NCBI GenBank assembly: GCA_043804515.1
Contig: JAZDIZ010000024.1
Coordinates: forward strand, 1 to 61,631
Direction of reading: 5' to 3'
DNA length: 61,631 nucleotides
Source of the DNA: Pseudomonadota bacterium
GTDB lineage: Bacteria; Bdellovibrionota_G; JALEGL01; DATDPG01
A model generated the notes under the pieces. That model was not told the origin of the DNA. It did not search any database and saw only the letters and a list, made by a program, of their open reading frames with translations. The stretch's first letter is position 1; each line of letters begins with the position of its first letter. Below, piece after piece: positions 27,711 through 35,252 of the stretch. The position numbers and the translations under genes were made by a program.

Positions 27711-29531
27711 ATGCTTCGAAAGATCTGTTCCTTTCGCTTCCTGGGTTTCGCGCTTTACGTGGGTTGGGCCATAGGTCTTTCCATGGCGGTTTCAAGAGGG
27801 GCGTTGGAGACCGTCCAAATGCCGTTTGCAGGGATTCTGCCGTACGCCAATCTTTACGTGGGGGCGTTCACCCAGCCCCATTGGTCGGGGGGGGAGAACC
27901 GGCTGAGGCTTCACGATCGCGTCGTGGCACTGGACGGTGAACCCGTTCCGGATTCGCGGGCGTTCTTAGAAAAAGTCGCCTGGGCCGAGGAGGAAGGCCG
28001 GCCGGCGATGAACGCCACGATCGCCCGGGGCCACGAGCGGTTCCAATCGCACTTGGATGTGGGCCGCCTGGACCCCAAGGACATATTTCTGATCTTCGGC
28101 CCGCTCTTCATAACGGGCCTTGCGTTCTTCCTGATCGGCGCGCTGGCGTTCGTGATCCGCCCGCTTCCTCCGGGGGTTCTTTCGTTCTGGATCTACTGTC
28201 TGACGGCGGGGACCTATCTCCTGACGGCGTACGATTTCCACACGACGTACCGGTTCATTCCCATCCTGCTCACGGCGTTCGCCTTCATTCCGGCCAGCGT
28301 GGTTCACCTGGCGTTCACGTTTCCGCGGCCGATCGTGGAACCGAAAGTGAGCCGCGTGACGTTGCTGGCCCCGTATCTGATGTCGGCCCTGCTTCTCGTG
28401 GGGTATCTTCTGTTCTTCGAGCGGGATCCGCGCACGTGGGCGGTATTCGAATCGAGCTTTTTCTTCTATCTCTCGCTGGCGTACTTGGGATGGCTCGGGA
28501 ACATGCTTTACCGGGCTCTTCGGGATCGGGACGTCCGGATCCGCGAGCAATGCCGCGTGATCTTGGTGGCCCTGATCCCGGCGTTCGGGACCATCTTCGT
28601 CCTGGGTTGGATGGTCTTCGTTTTCGGATCCACGGTGCCGCTCACGACGGCGGTACCTTTCGCGATACTCTTTCCCTTGGCCGTTCTGTACGGGATGCTG
28701 AGACGGAATCTCTTCCTCGTGGATCATCTGGAAGCGCGCGTGCGCGAAAGAACGGAGGCCCTCCAAAGAACGCAGAGCGAGTTGGGCGAGGCCAAGAAAA
28801 TGGCGGCGGTGGGTGTCCTGGCCGCCGGAACGGCCCATGAGATCGGAAACGCCATGAACCTGATCTCGTCGAACCTCCCGGTTTTGCGGCGTTACGCGGA
28901 ACGCCTCTTGAGCCTGGCCGAGAACGATGCAGCGCCGGCGGAGATTCCCCGCCTGAAAACCGAAATGGATTTCGATTATGTGCGGTCGGATCTTCCCGAT
29001 CTTCTGGGAAACCTGGAAAAGGGATCGGAGCGGGCCATCCGGATCGTCCAGGATTTGAAGAGCTTCGCGCGCCCGCCGTCGGCGAAGAAAGAGGCCCTGG
29101 ATCTGGGAAGCCTCGTGGAAAGTACGCTGCGGCTCTTAAAGCCCGAGTTGAAAGAGCGGATCGAAGTGGAAAAAGACATCGGAGAGGTTCCCTCGATTGT
29201 CGGCTCCAGGGATCAGCTTCAACAGGTGATCGTGAACCTGCTCCTGAACGCCGTTCAGGCCATCGAGGGAACCGGCACCATCCGCGTCGAGCTTCATAGC
29301 GCGGCGGATCATTTGATCCTATCGGTCCGGGACTCGGGGCGAGGAATTCCGAAGGAGCTTCTTTCTAGGGTTTTTGAACCGTTTTTCACGACCAAACAGA
29401 GCGGAACCGGGATGGGGCTGAGCGTGAGCTACGGAATCGTGAAGGACCACGGCGGAACATTGCGTTTGGAGAGTGAAATGGGTCACGGCACCAACGCCGT
29501 GATGGAATTACCTTTGGAGGCGAAAACATGA
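27711..29531 (+). CDS. sensor histidine kinase with a periplasmic (PDZ-like?) segment, a multi-TM domain, HisKA and HATPase_c
   Basis: H-box is AHEIGNAMN and the N/G boxes are LLLNAVQA and GTGMGLSVSYGIV. There are at least 7 hydrophobic helices. The frame is open from 27636. The start at ATG 27711 was chosen because it lies downstream of the putative promoter, so the start is uncertain. Confidence 0.85.
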   Translation: MLRKICSFRFLGFALYVGWAIGLSMAVSRGALETVQMPFAGILPYANLYVGAFTQPHWSGGENRLRLHDRVVALDGEPVPDSRAFLEKVAWAEEEGRPAMNATIARGHERFQSHLDVGRLDPKDIFLIFGPLFITGLAFFLIGALAFVIRPLPPGVLSFWIYCLTAGTYLLTAYDFHTTYRFIPILLTAFAFIPASVVHLAFTFPRPIVEPKVSRVTLLAPYLMSALLLVGYLLFFERDPRTWAVFESSFFFYLSLAYLGWLGNMLYRALRDRDVRIREQCRVILVALIPAFGTIFVLGWMVFVFGSTVPLTTAVPFAILFPLAVLYGMLRRNLFLVDHLEARVRERTEALQRTQSELGEAKKMAAVGVLAAGTAHEIGNAMNLISSNLPVLRRYAERLLSLAENDAAPAEIPRLKTEMDFDYVRSDLPDLLGNLEKGSERAIRIVQDLKSFARPPSAKKEALDLGSLVESTLRLLKPELKERIEVEKDIGEVPSIVGSRDQLQQVIVNLLLNAVQAIEGTGTIRVELHSAADHLILSVRDSGRGIPKELLSRVFEPFFTTKQSGTGMGLSVSYGIVKDHGGTLRLESEMGHGTNAVMELPLEAKT

Positions 29532-30895
29532 GCCTGCTGCGACCGCTTTTGTATGTCGATGACGACATTGAAAACCTTTCCACGTTGAAAAGGGTCCTGC
29601 GGGGCCAGTATGAGGTGACCACGGCCGTCACGGCCTCCGAAGCCCTCGCCCGGATGGAGAGGGACTTTTTCCCGGTGGCCGTCGCGGACCAGCGGATGCC
29701 CAAAATGACCGGCGTGGAGTTTCTAAAGGAGGTCCGCCGGAAATATCCGGAGTGCGTGGGCCTGCTTTTGACGGCATACGCCGACATGGACGCGCTCGTG
29801 GACGGCGTCAACGCCAACGTCATCTACCGGTATCTCACCAAGCCGTGGAACGAGACGGATCTTCTCTCGGCCCTCCACCAGGCCTATGAGCATTACGATC
29901 TTAGGAGGGAGAACCGGAAACTCCTGGAGGAACTCAAGAAAGCCAACGCCTACTTCCGCCAGGAAATCGACGAGGCGTTCGATTTTTCCGCATTGGCGGG
30001 GGCCGACCAAGGCCTCAAGCAAGTCGCGGCGCTTGTGGCCAAGGTGGCGCCCACGGATTCGGCCGTCTTGATCCGGGGTGAAAGCGGCGTCGGGAAGGAG
30101 CTGGTGGCGAGAGCGATTCATCAGATGAGCTCTAGGAAGGAAAAACCTTTTGTGCGCGTGAATTGCGGCGCCTTGGCTGAGGGCCTGCTGGAAAGCGAGC
30201 TGTTCGGTCACGAGAAGGGCGCGTTTACGGGCGCGGAGGGACGGAGGATCGGGAGGTTCGAGTTCGCCGAGGGAGGGACGATCTTCCTGGACGAAGTGGG
30301 GGATCTCTCGCCGAAGCTGCAGGTGAACCTCCTGCGCGTATTGCAGGAAAAGGAGTTCGAGCGGGTGGGTGGAAACGAAACGATCCGCGTGGATGTCCGC
30401 GTGATCGCGGCCACGCACCGCCATTTGGAGGAGCTTACGAAGGCGGAAAAATTCCGGCAGGATCTCTTTTTCCGGCTGAACGTTTTTCCCGTCACGGTCC
30501 CGCCGCTCCGGGAACGCATCGGGGATTTGGCCGTTCTGGTCCCCAGGCTTCTGGAAAAGGCGGCCAAGCAAACCCGTCTCGCGCCCAAGACGGTCTCCAA
30601 GCCGGGGGTGGACAAGCTCAAAGGATACGACTGGCCCGGGAATATCCGGGAACTGGAGAATGTCGTTCAGCGGGCGCTGATTCTCTCGACCGGCTCGGAG
30701 ATCGGACCCGATGACCTGATTCTGGGCCCGGGCGTGGACGACACGGTTGTTCCGGCCGTTGAAGCCAAGGAGCTGACGCGGGAGCAACTCGTTGAAACGA
30801 TTCAGGCCTGCGGCGGGAACAAGCTGGAGGCTGCGCGCAAACTGGGAATCAAGCGTCCCACGCTTTACTACCACCTGAAGCGCTTCGGGCTTTAG
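29528..30895 (+). CDS. sigma54-dependent response regulator (REC-AAA+-HTH)
   Basis: VAVADQRMPKMTG (receiver), GESGVGKE, GAFTGA, ESELFGHEKGAFTGA, and a C-terminal AARKLGIKRPTLYYHLK. There is a 4-nt overlap with the kinase gene. Confidence 0.93.
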   Translation: MSLLRPLLYVDDDIENLSTLKRVLRGQYEVTTAVTASEALARMERDFFPVAVADQRMPKMTGVEFLKEVRRKYPECVGLLLTAYADMDALVDGVNANVIYRYLTKPWNETDLLSALHQAYEHYDLRRENRKLLEELKKANAYFRQEIDEAFDFSALAGADQGLKQVAALVAKVAPTDSAVLIRGESGVGKELVARAIHQMSSRKEKPFVRVNCGALAEGLLESELFGHEKGAFTGAEGRRIGRFEFAEGGTIFLDEVGDLSPKLQVNLLRVLQEKEFERVGGNETIRVDVRVIAATHRHLEELTKAEKFRQDLFFRLNVFPVTVPPLRERIGDLAVLVPRLLEKAAKQTRLAPKTVSKPGVDKLKGYDWPGNIRELENVVQRALILSTGSEIGPDDLILGPGVDDTVVPAVEAKELTREQLVETIQACGGNKLEAARKLGIKRPTLYYHLKRFGL

Positions 30896-30927
30896 CGCGG
30901 GACGTCCACGAAACGTCATGAGTCGGG

Positions 30928-31051
30928 GGCGGGCTGGCCCGTTGCCTGCGCTCCGTGGCTCGGATCGCATCACGGGGGACACCCACTGATGGGTGTCCCC
31001 ACCCCGGCGATCCTGCGCTGAACCTTCGCTTCGGCACCGGCCCAGTCCGCC
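30928..31051 (+). repeat. structured extragenic element, copy C
   Basis: GGCGGGCTGGCC..TGCCTGCGCTCCGTGGCTCGGATCGCATCAC-GGGGGACACCC-ACTGAT-GGGTGTCCCC..GGCGATCCTGCGC..GGCCCAGTCCGCC. Begins 33 nt after the stop of the activator gene. Confidence 0.85.
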
Positions 31052-31093
31052 GACGATTCGGGGCAGGTTCATGGGAAGACCTGACACAACTCC

Positions 31094-31110
31094 TGACACG
31101 TCAGGTGTCG
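31094..31110. promoter_or_regulatory. palindrome TGACAC-GTCAG-GTGTCG (UAS candidate), with an extra TGACAC half-site at 31082
   Basis: Read directly from the sequence; paralogous to 32731-32747. Confidence 0.55.
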
Positions 31111-31148
31111 GAAAACGAGGTTCTTCTCTAATAGGGAAGAAGATAGGA

Positions 31149-31164
31149 TGGCATGGGTGGTGCA
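31149..31164 (+). promoter_or_regulatory. sigma54 -24/-12 promoter candidate, TGGCAT-GGGTG-GTGCA
   Basis: The GG-N10-GC spacing is exact and the GG lies 48 nt from the palindrome centre. An alternative register gives GG at 31156 with TTGC at 31166. Confidence 0.55.
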
Positions 31165-31176
31165 GTTGCGGGGGGC

Positions 31177-31641
31177 ATGACAACGCACATAAATAATATG
31201 ATAGCCGGATGCCTGGTCGCGCTGGCTCTAATTCCCGATCTCTGCCGAGCGGGCGAGGAGGTGCCCCTTAAGGAGAAATCGGTGGCCATAGCCACGCTCC
31301 TCGGCCTCGATCCGATCCCTGCCGACGCGCTTTTCTATGCGGGAAGACCCGCTCAGGCCATGGCGAATTTGGTAGTGGGTTTAGCTGGGGTCGGGATGAT
31401 CGCGGGTGCCTTAAGCGTTGGACGCACGACGGATTACAACATTACAACAAAACTCAGTGTCGCCGCGGGAGGCGTTGGGGTTTACTTGATTACGCTGATC
31501 TGGGACCTGGCCGGAGGGGTCTCGGCCGTGCGCGCCGACAATGAAAAGGCCGCTCAATCCGCATTGCCTCACCAACACGTGCGTCCGACGCTGGCCATCG
31601 GGCCCAACGGCGGGTTCGGCGGCGTGGAAGTCAGGTTCTGA
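31177..31641 (+). CDS. small secreted/membrane protein, paralog 1 of an unrecognised family
   Basis: Signal peptide ends CRA|GE. Motifs are LDPIPADALFYAGRP and LIWDLAGG, with Gly-rich hydrophobic segments and a terminal GGVEVRF. The start is ATG 31177 or 31198; the track ATG at 31153 lies inside the promoter. Confidence 0.7.
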   Translation: MTTHINNMIAGCLVALALIPDLCRAGEEVPLKEKSVAIATLLGLDPIPADALFYAGRPAQAMANLVVGLAGVGMIAGALSVGRTTDYNITTKLSVAAGGVGVYLITLIWDLAGGVSAVRADNEKAAQSALPHQHVRPTLAIGPNGGFGGVEVRF

Positions 31642-31665
31642 AAAGAGACCTGAAGATGAGGGCCG

Positions 31666-32244
31666 TCAGAATCCAGCTTCCTTAATCGCTTTCCCGAGCA
31701 ACTTGTCGATCTGGAGACGCCGGGCCCAGCGCCTCATGTAGGAGGTGTCCAGCCGTTTGGATTGAACGCGCAGAACACTGGTCACGTCTCTCCACTGGCG
31801 GTCGGAAATCCGGGCCCCCTTTTCGAACCAGATCAACTTACGAAGAACGAGGTCTTCCGGGCTCGAGACGTACAGCGTCTTCTTCGGTCTCTTTTGAACC
31901 ACTACCAGCTGCCGTCGCCTGAGCTGGGCGCGATCGAAAGGCATGTCTCCCAAGACGAAGATGTCCACCTTCTGAACGGATTCTTGTTCGATCACGTTGA
32001 AGGATTGGGCCTTCTGAACGGCGGTTTCAACGGTTCTCTTGTCGATATAGAAACGGTGCTTAAGAGCCGCCACGAAAGACTTGATGTGGATGGTTCTAAG
32101 TGCTGCGGCGATATCGACATCGTTGGTGGCTCTCGGCTCACCGTATATGGAGCTCGCCAGGGAACCGCCCAGAAAGTGGCCCACCCGCAGGTCTTCGAAA
32201 ATACCGGAAATGTGCAGAGCGACCCGTATCGGCTCGGGGATCAT
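31666..32244 (-). CDS. minimal nucleotidyltransferase-fold protein (Pol-beta superfamily, GS...DxD)
   Basis: GGSLASSIYGEPRATNDVDI matches the G[GS]-x9-13-DxD nucleotidyltransferase signature. The protein is 192 aa. Confidence 0.7.
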   Translation of the reverse strand: MIPEPIRVALHISGIFEDLRVGHFLGGSLASSIYGEPRATNDVDIAAALRTIHIKSFVAALKHRFYIDKRTVETAVQKAQSFNVIEQESVQKVDIFVLGDMPFDRAQLRRRQLVVVQKRPKKTLYVSSPEDLVLRKLIWFEKGARISDRQWRDVTSVLRVQSKRLDTSYMRRWARRLQIDKLLGKAIKEAGF

Positions 32245-32245
32245 T

Positions 32246-32518
32246 CTAATAACCTTCTTGCGCAGGATTCCAATTGAACAGGCGAACCATTGTTGCCCGG
32301 TCCAGGCAAAGAGCGATCAGGCGAAGCCGCAATTCTTTACGGCCGATCCCGGGATGGCGCCTCCTGACGCCTGCCGCAGCGAGGGCTCGACTGCTGCGAA
32401 TCAACTCTCCCGCCTTCTCCAGTTTCTTCCATGGGGGCATAGCCCGGTAGGCCCGAATCAGTCTCTTCTCGGACCAAGGATCCGTGTCCGTCAGCGGGTT
32501 CCGCCCAGGGCCTGTCAT
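32246..32518 (-). CDS. small helical partner protein (antitoxin-like candidate) upstream of the nucleotidyltransferase
   Basis: 90-aa ORF whose stop lies 1 nt before the nucleotidyltransferase start. No family was recognised. Confidence 0.55.
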   Translation of the reverse strand: MTGPGRNPLTDTDPWSEKRLIRAYRAMPPWKKLEKAGELIRSSRALAAAGVRRRHPGIGRKELRLRLIALCLDRATMVRLFNWNPAQEGY

Positions 32519-32579
32519 AAGGGTTCATCTTATACCGTAGCCGGAGCGGGGTGAACCATAACGATTAAAGATCTCGAGA

Positions 32580-32596
32580 AATTGGGGACACGTACC
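32580..32596. repeat. left arm of a perfect 17-bp inverted repeat, AATTGGGGACACGTACC
   Basis: Exact reverse complement of 33597-33613. Confidence 0.85.
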
Positions 32597-32730
32597 AGTT
32601 TCCCATTATGGATGTCACAAGGATCGCAAATCTCCACACCAGGCTCTGGTAACGGTTCCCCGGGACCGGCTGCCGGCTGCCGGGATCTGATAGCAGCATT
32701 CGTCCACGGACATGCTCCTGACACCCAACT

Positions 32731-32747
32731 TGACACGTCAGGTGTCA
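32731..32747. promoter_or_regulatory. palindrome TGACAC-GTCAG-GTGTCA (UAS candidate), with extra half-sites at 32719 and 32878/32889
   Basis: Read directly from the sequence. Its flanks are homologous to the 31082-31140 region. Confidence 0.55.
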
Positions 32748-32937
32748 AAAAAGCGGTTTCTTTCGAACAGGAAGCTTTAGACTGTGATGTTCGATAGCGT
32801 GGCGGCATGGGTGCCGATCGACCGTCCTCACAGCGAGGCAGCGAAGGGGCACACCTCTTCGTGGAAGCTGAACATCCTGACACGCTTCTGACAGCGCGCG
32901 AACTTTGGAACGGGCTGAAATTACTGAAAAATGCCCG

Positions 32938-32953
32938 CGGCATGAGAGTTGCA
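32938..32953 (+). promoter_or_regulatory. sigma54 -24/-12 promoter candidate, CGGCAT-GAGAG-TTGCA
   Basis: GG-N10-GC with a consensus TTGCA. It lies 30 nt upstream of the GTG start, with AAGGAG in between. Confidence 0.6.
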
Positions 32954-32982
32954 AAAGCCAACGAACAGAAAAGGAGAACATC

Positions 32983-33462
32983 GTGAAAAGATTAATGGCG
33001 CTCGGCTTGGTGATCGGAATCGTGGCGTCGGCGGTACCGGCGAAGGCGGGCGAACTCGAAAAGAAATCGATGGGCGTTGCTGCAATATTGGCTTTCGATC
33101 CGATTCCCGGGGACGCACTCTTGTATGCGGGAAAGCCGGTTCAAGGCACGATCAACCTGATTTTGGGTGGGCTTTCGGGGGGTTTCTTTTGGGCCGGGTT
33201 TATCGGCAGTCAGATGATCACGGAACAAGAGCGGCGGGACAGCTCGAGCATGGCCGGCGTTGGCAGAGCGTTGATGATGATCGGGGGCGGAACTATTTAT
33301 TTTCCGATGCTTCTCTGGGATGCGATCGGAGGCATCTACGGCGTGGCCCAATACAACAAGGAAGTGGATCGGAGAAGGAGCTTGGGATTCTTGGAAACAA
33401 TTCAGCCGTCGTTCGCCTACACATCGAATGGGACGTACGTCGGGGCAAAGTTCACATTCTAG
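32983..33462 (+). CDS. small secreted/membrane protein, paralog 2 of the same unrecognised family
   Basis: AAGGAG lies 6 nt before the GTG at 32983. Signal peptide ends AKA|GE. Motifs are FDPIPGDALLYAGKP and LLWDAIGG, with a terminal VGAKFTF. Confidence 0.75.
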   Translation: MKRLMALGLVIGIVASAVPAKAGELEKKSMGVAAILAFDPIPGDALLYAGKPVQGTINLILGGLSGGFFWAGFIGSQMITEQERRDSSSMAGVGRALMMIGGGTIYFPMLLWDAIGGIYGVAQYNKEVDRRRSLGFLETIQPSFAYTSNGTYVGAKFTF

Positions 33463-33596
33463 GAGCAAATCGTGCTAGCGAGAATCCAGGGTACGTCATC
33501 AACGTCGGGCGGTTCTACCGTTACGCGCCGATGGGAATTCCGCTCCTGGCTTTCGGTTACAAGTTCTGAGGCGAAGCGAAGCCGGACCTTGAAATT

Positions 33597-33613
33597 GGTA
33601 CGTGTCCCCAATT
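33597..33613. repeat. right arm of the perfect 17-bp inverted repeat, GGTACGTGTCCCCAATT
   Basis: Exact reverse complement of 32580-32596; ends 41 nt upstream of the next start codon. Confidence 0.85.
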
Positions 33614-33653
33614 GCATGGTGTAAAACTTCCGCCAGCCGGGGAGGTTGTCGGA

Positions 33654-34922
33654 ATGGGATCGAAATCAGGCGGGAGCAAACAAAAAAAGAAAGCGACGTA
33701 CGTCGTGCGGCCCACAACGGCGGTGCTGACGCGCGGATACGATCCGAAACTGTCCGTTGGATCCGCCCGCCCCGCCGTCTTCCGTTCCTCCACGTACGTG
33801 TTTTCGACGCCGGAAGCGGCCGAGAGAGCATTTGACCTGGCGTTGGGAAGGGACGTTCCGAAAGAGGGCGAGGAAGCCGAACTCATTTACGGCCGGCTGT
33901 CCCACCCCAATGCCGAAATCCTGGAGGATCAGATTTGTCCCCTGGAGCCGTTGGCGAGGAGCGCCGCATGCTTCAACACCGGAATGGCCGCAATCTCGAC
34001 GGTGTTCTTCACGTTCTGTGCCCCGAAGACCAGGTTCGTATATACGATGCCGCTCTACGGCGGCACGCACCTTTTGATCCACCAGATCCTGCTTCCGTTC
34101 GGTATGGAGGGGGTTCCGGTGGCCGCGGGGGATACGAAGGGCCTTAAGGAGGCGATCCGAAAGACGAAGGATCTCCGCCTGGTGTTCATCGAGACTCCGT
34201 CCAATCCCACGATCCGCATGACGGACATACGGGCCGCCGTGGAAGCGGCGAAAACCCACAAAACTAAGCCGCTGGTGGCCGTGGACAACACGTTCCTGGG
34301 TCCGGCGTTCCAGCATCCCCTGAAACTGGGGGCGGATCTTTCGATTTATTCCGCCACCAAGTATCTGGCGGGGTTCAGCGACATGTTGGGGGGCGTCGTT
34401 CTGGGGCGGGACCGCGATCTGATGGCCCAGCTCCGGGGCGCTCGGGCGGTGTTCGGAAACATCCTTCAGCCCGACGAATGCTGGATATTGGACACGCGTC
34501 TTCCGACCGTGATTCTTAGGATGAACCGCCAAAGCAAGAACGCGCAGCGAATCGCCGAAGCGCTGGTCGACCACGAAAAGATCAAGAAGGTGTACTACCC
34601 GTCGTTGTTCGACGACCCGGAGCAGATCCGCATCCGGGATTCCCAGTGTGATTTTCCGGGCGGCCTTATCTCCCTTGATCTCAAAGGGGGGAAAAAGGCG
34701 GCGTTCAATTTCCTCCGTCGTCTGCGGCTGGCCAAAAACGCCGTCAGCCTCGGAGGAATGGAAACGCTGGCCTGCCACCCGGCCACGACGACGCATTCGG
34801 AGATTTCGCCGGAAGAGCTTGCGCAAGCTGGTGTGACCGACGGGCTGGTGCGGCTTTCGATCGGCCTGGAGGACTGGCGCGACCTTCTCGACGATTTCAC
34901 GTCCTCCCTGGACGCGGCATAG
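33654..34922 (+). CDS. Cys/Met-metabolism PLP-dependent enzyme (cystathionine gamma-synthase/gamma-lyase family)
   Basis: GGGGAGG lies upstream of the ATG at 33654. The PLP-lysine motif is YSATKYLAGFSD, with a C-terminal LVRLSIGLED. Confidence 0.88.
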   Translation: MGSKSGGSKQKKKATYVVRPTTAVLTRGYDPKLSVGSARPAVFRSSTYVFSTPEAAERAFDLALGRDVPKEGEEAELIYGRLSHPNAEILEDQICPLEPLARSAACFNTGMAAISTVFFTFCAPKTRFVYTMPLYGGTHLLIHQILLPFGMEGVPVAAGDTKGLKEAIRKTKDLRLVFIETPSNPTIRMTDIRAAVEAAKTHKTKPLVAVDNTFLGPAFQHPLKLGADLSIYSATKYLAGFSDMLGGVVLGRDRDLMAQLRGARAVFGNILQPDECWILDTRLPTVILRMNRQSKNAQRIAEALVDHEKIKKVYYPSLFDDPEQIRIRDSQCDFPGGLISLDLKGGKKAAFNFLRRLRLAKNAVSLGGMETLACHPATTTHSEISPEELAQAGVTDGLVRLSIGLEDWRDLLDDFTSSLDAA

Positions 34923-34966
34923 ACAACGAAATCTCGGCACTGACAGATATGAAGCCTAGGTGCGGT

Positions 34967-35072
34967 GCGGGTGACTGCCTGCGCTCCGTGGCATGGATCG
35001 TATTAAAGGACGCCGGTGTTCCGTCGGCTCCGCCGGCACTCTAAGGCTCCGCCGCCGGAGCCCCCGGCGTCC
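34967..35072 (+). repeat. divergent copy D of the structured extragenic element; the 5' part is shared and the apical part differs
   Basis: CTGCCTGCGCTCCGTGGCATGGATCGTAT matches copies A-C. It then diverges into GGACGCCGG...CCGGCGTCC and an inner GGCTCCG-CCGC-CGGAGCC hairpin. Confidence 0.55.
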
Positions 35073-35252
35073 CTATCAAACAGCAAAGGAAGCGGCAGCC
35101 CTCGCCCTGCACGAGGATAAAAACGCAGGTCGGGTCCGAGGTTCGACATGATTGAAGCGCGAGCGCGGTATTAAAACCGGCGCTCCGGTTGTAGGGGTTG
35201 CTTTAATAGGGGGTGGCGACATGATAAGCAGTAGTCTTTCGGGAGGTGATAG

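Noticed and set aside
29723-31183. 486-aa minus-strand ORF
   Set aside because: It is antisense to the second sigma54 activator and runs through the extragenic repeat. It is a shadow ORF.
32801-32817. GGCATGGGTG segment homologous to the paralog-1 sigma54 promoter
   Set aside because: The GG-to-GC spacing and the -12 GC are lost here. I interpret it as a decayed relic, and the functional candidate is at 32938.
32580-33613. Inverted repeats considered as the termini of an insertion sequence
   Set aside because: No transposase is encoded between the arms, and the only gene is the small envelope paralog. I kept it only as a possible non-autonomous element (see findings).
33463-33653. Possible SAM or other riboswitch in front of the trans-sulfuration-type gene, and likewise at 37558-37622
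   Set aside because: I saw no resemblance to SAM-I or SAM-II core sequences, and the second spacer is only 65 nt.
33666-34940. 424-aa minus-strand ORF
   Set aside because: It is antisense to the PLP enzyme, which has a clear SATKY PLP-lysine motif.
35140-35252. GGTTCGA (T-loop-like) string and nested hairpins (TATTAAA...TTTAATA) upstream of the OsmC gene, considered as a tRNA or riboswitch
   Set aside because: I could draw no acceptor or anticodon arms and it matches no riboswitch consensus I know. It may just be a structured leader.
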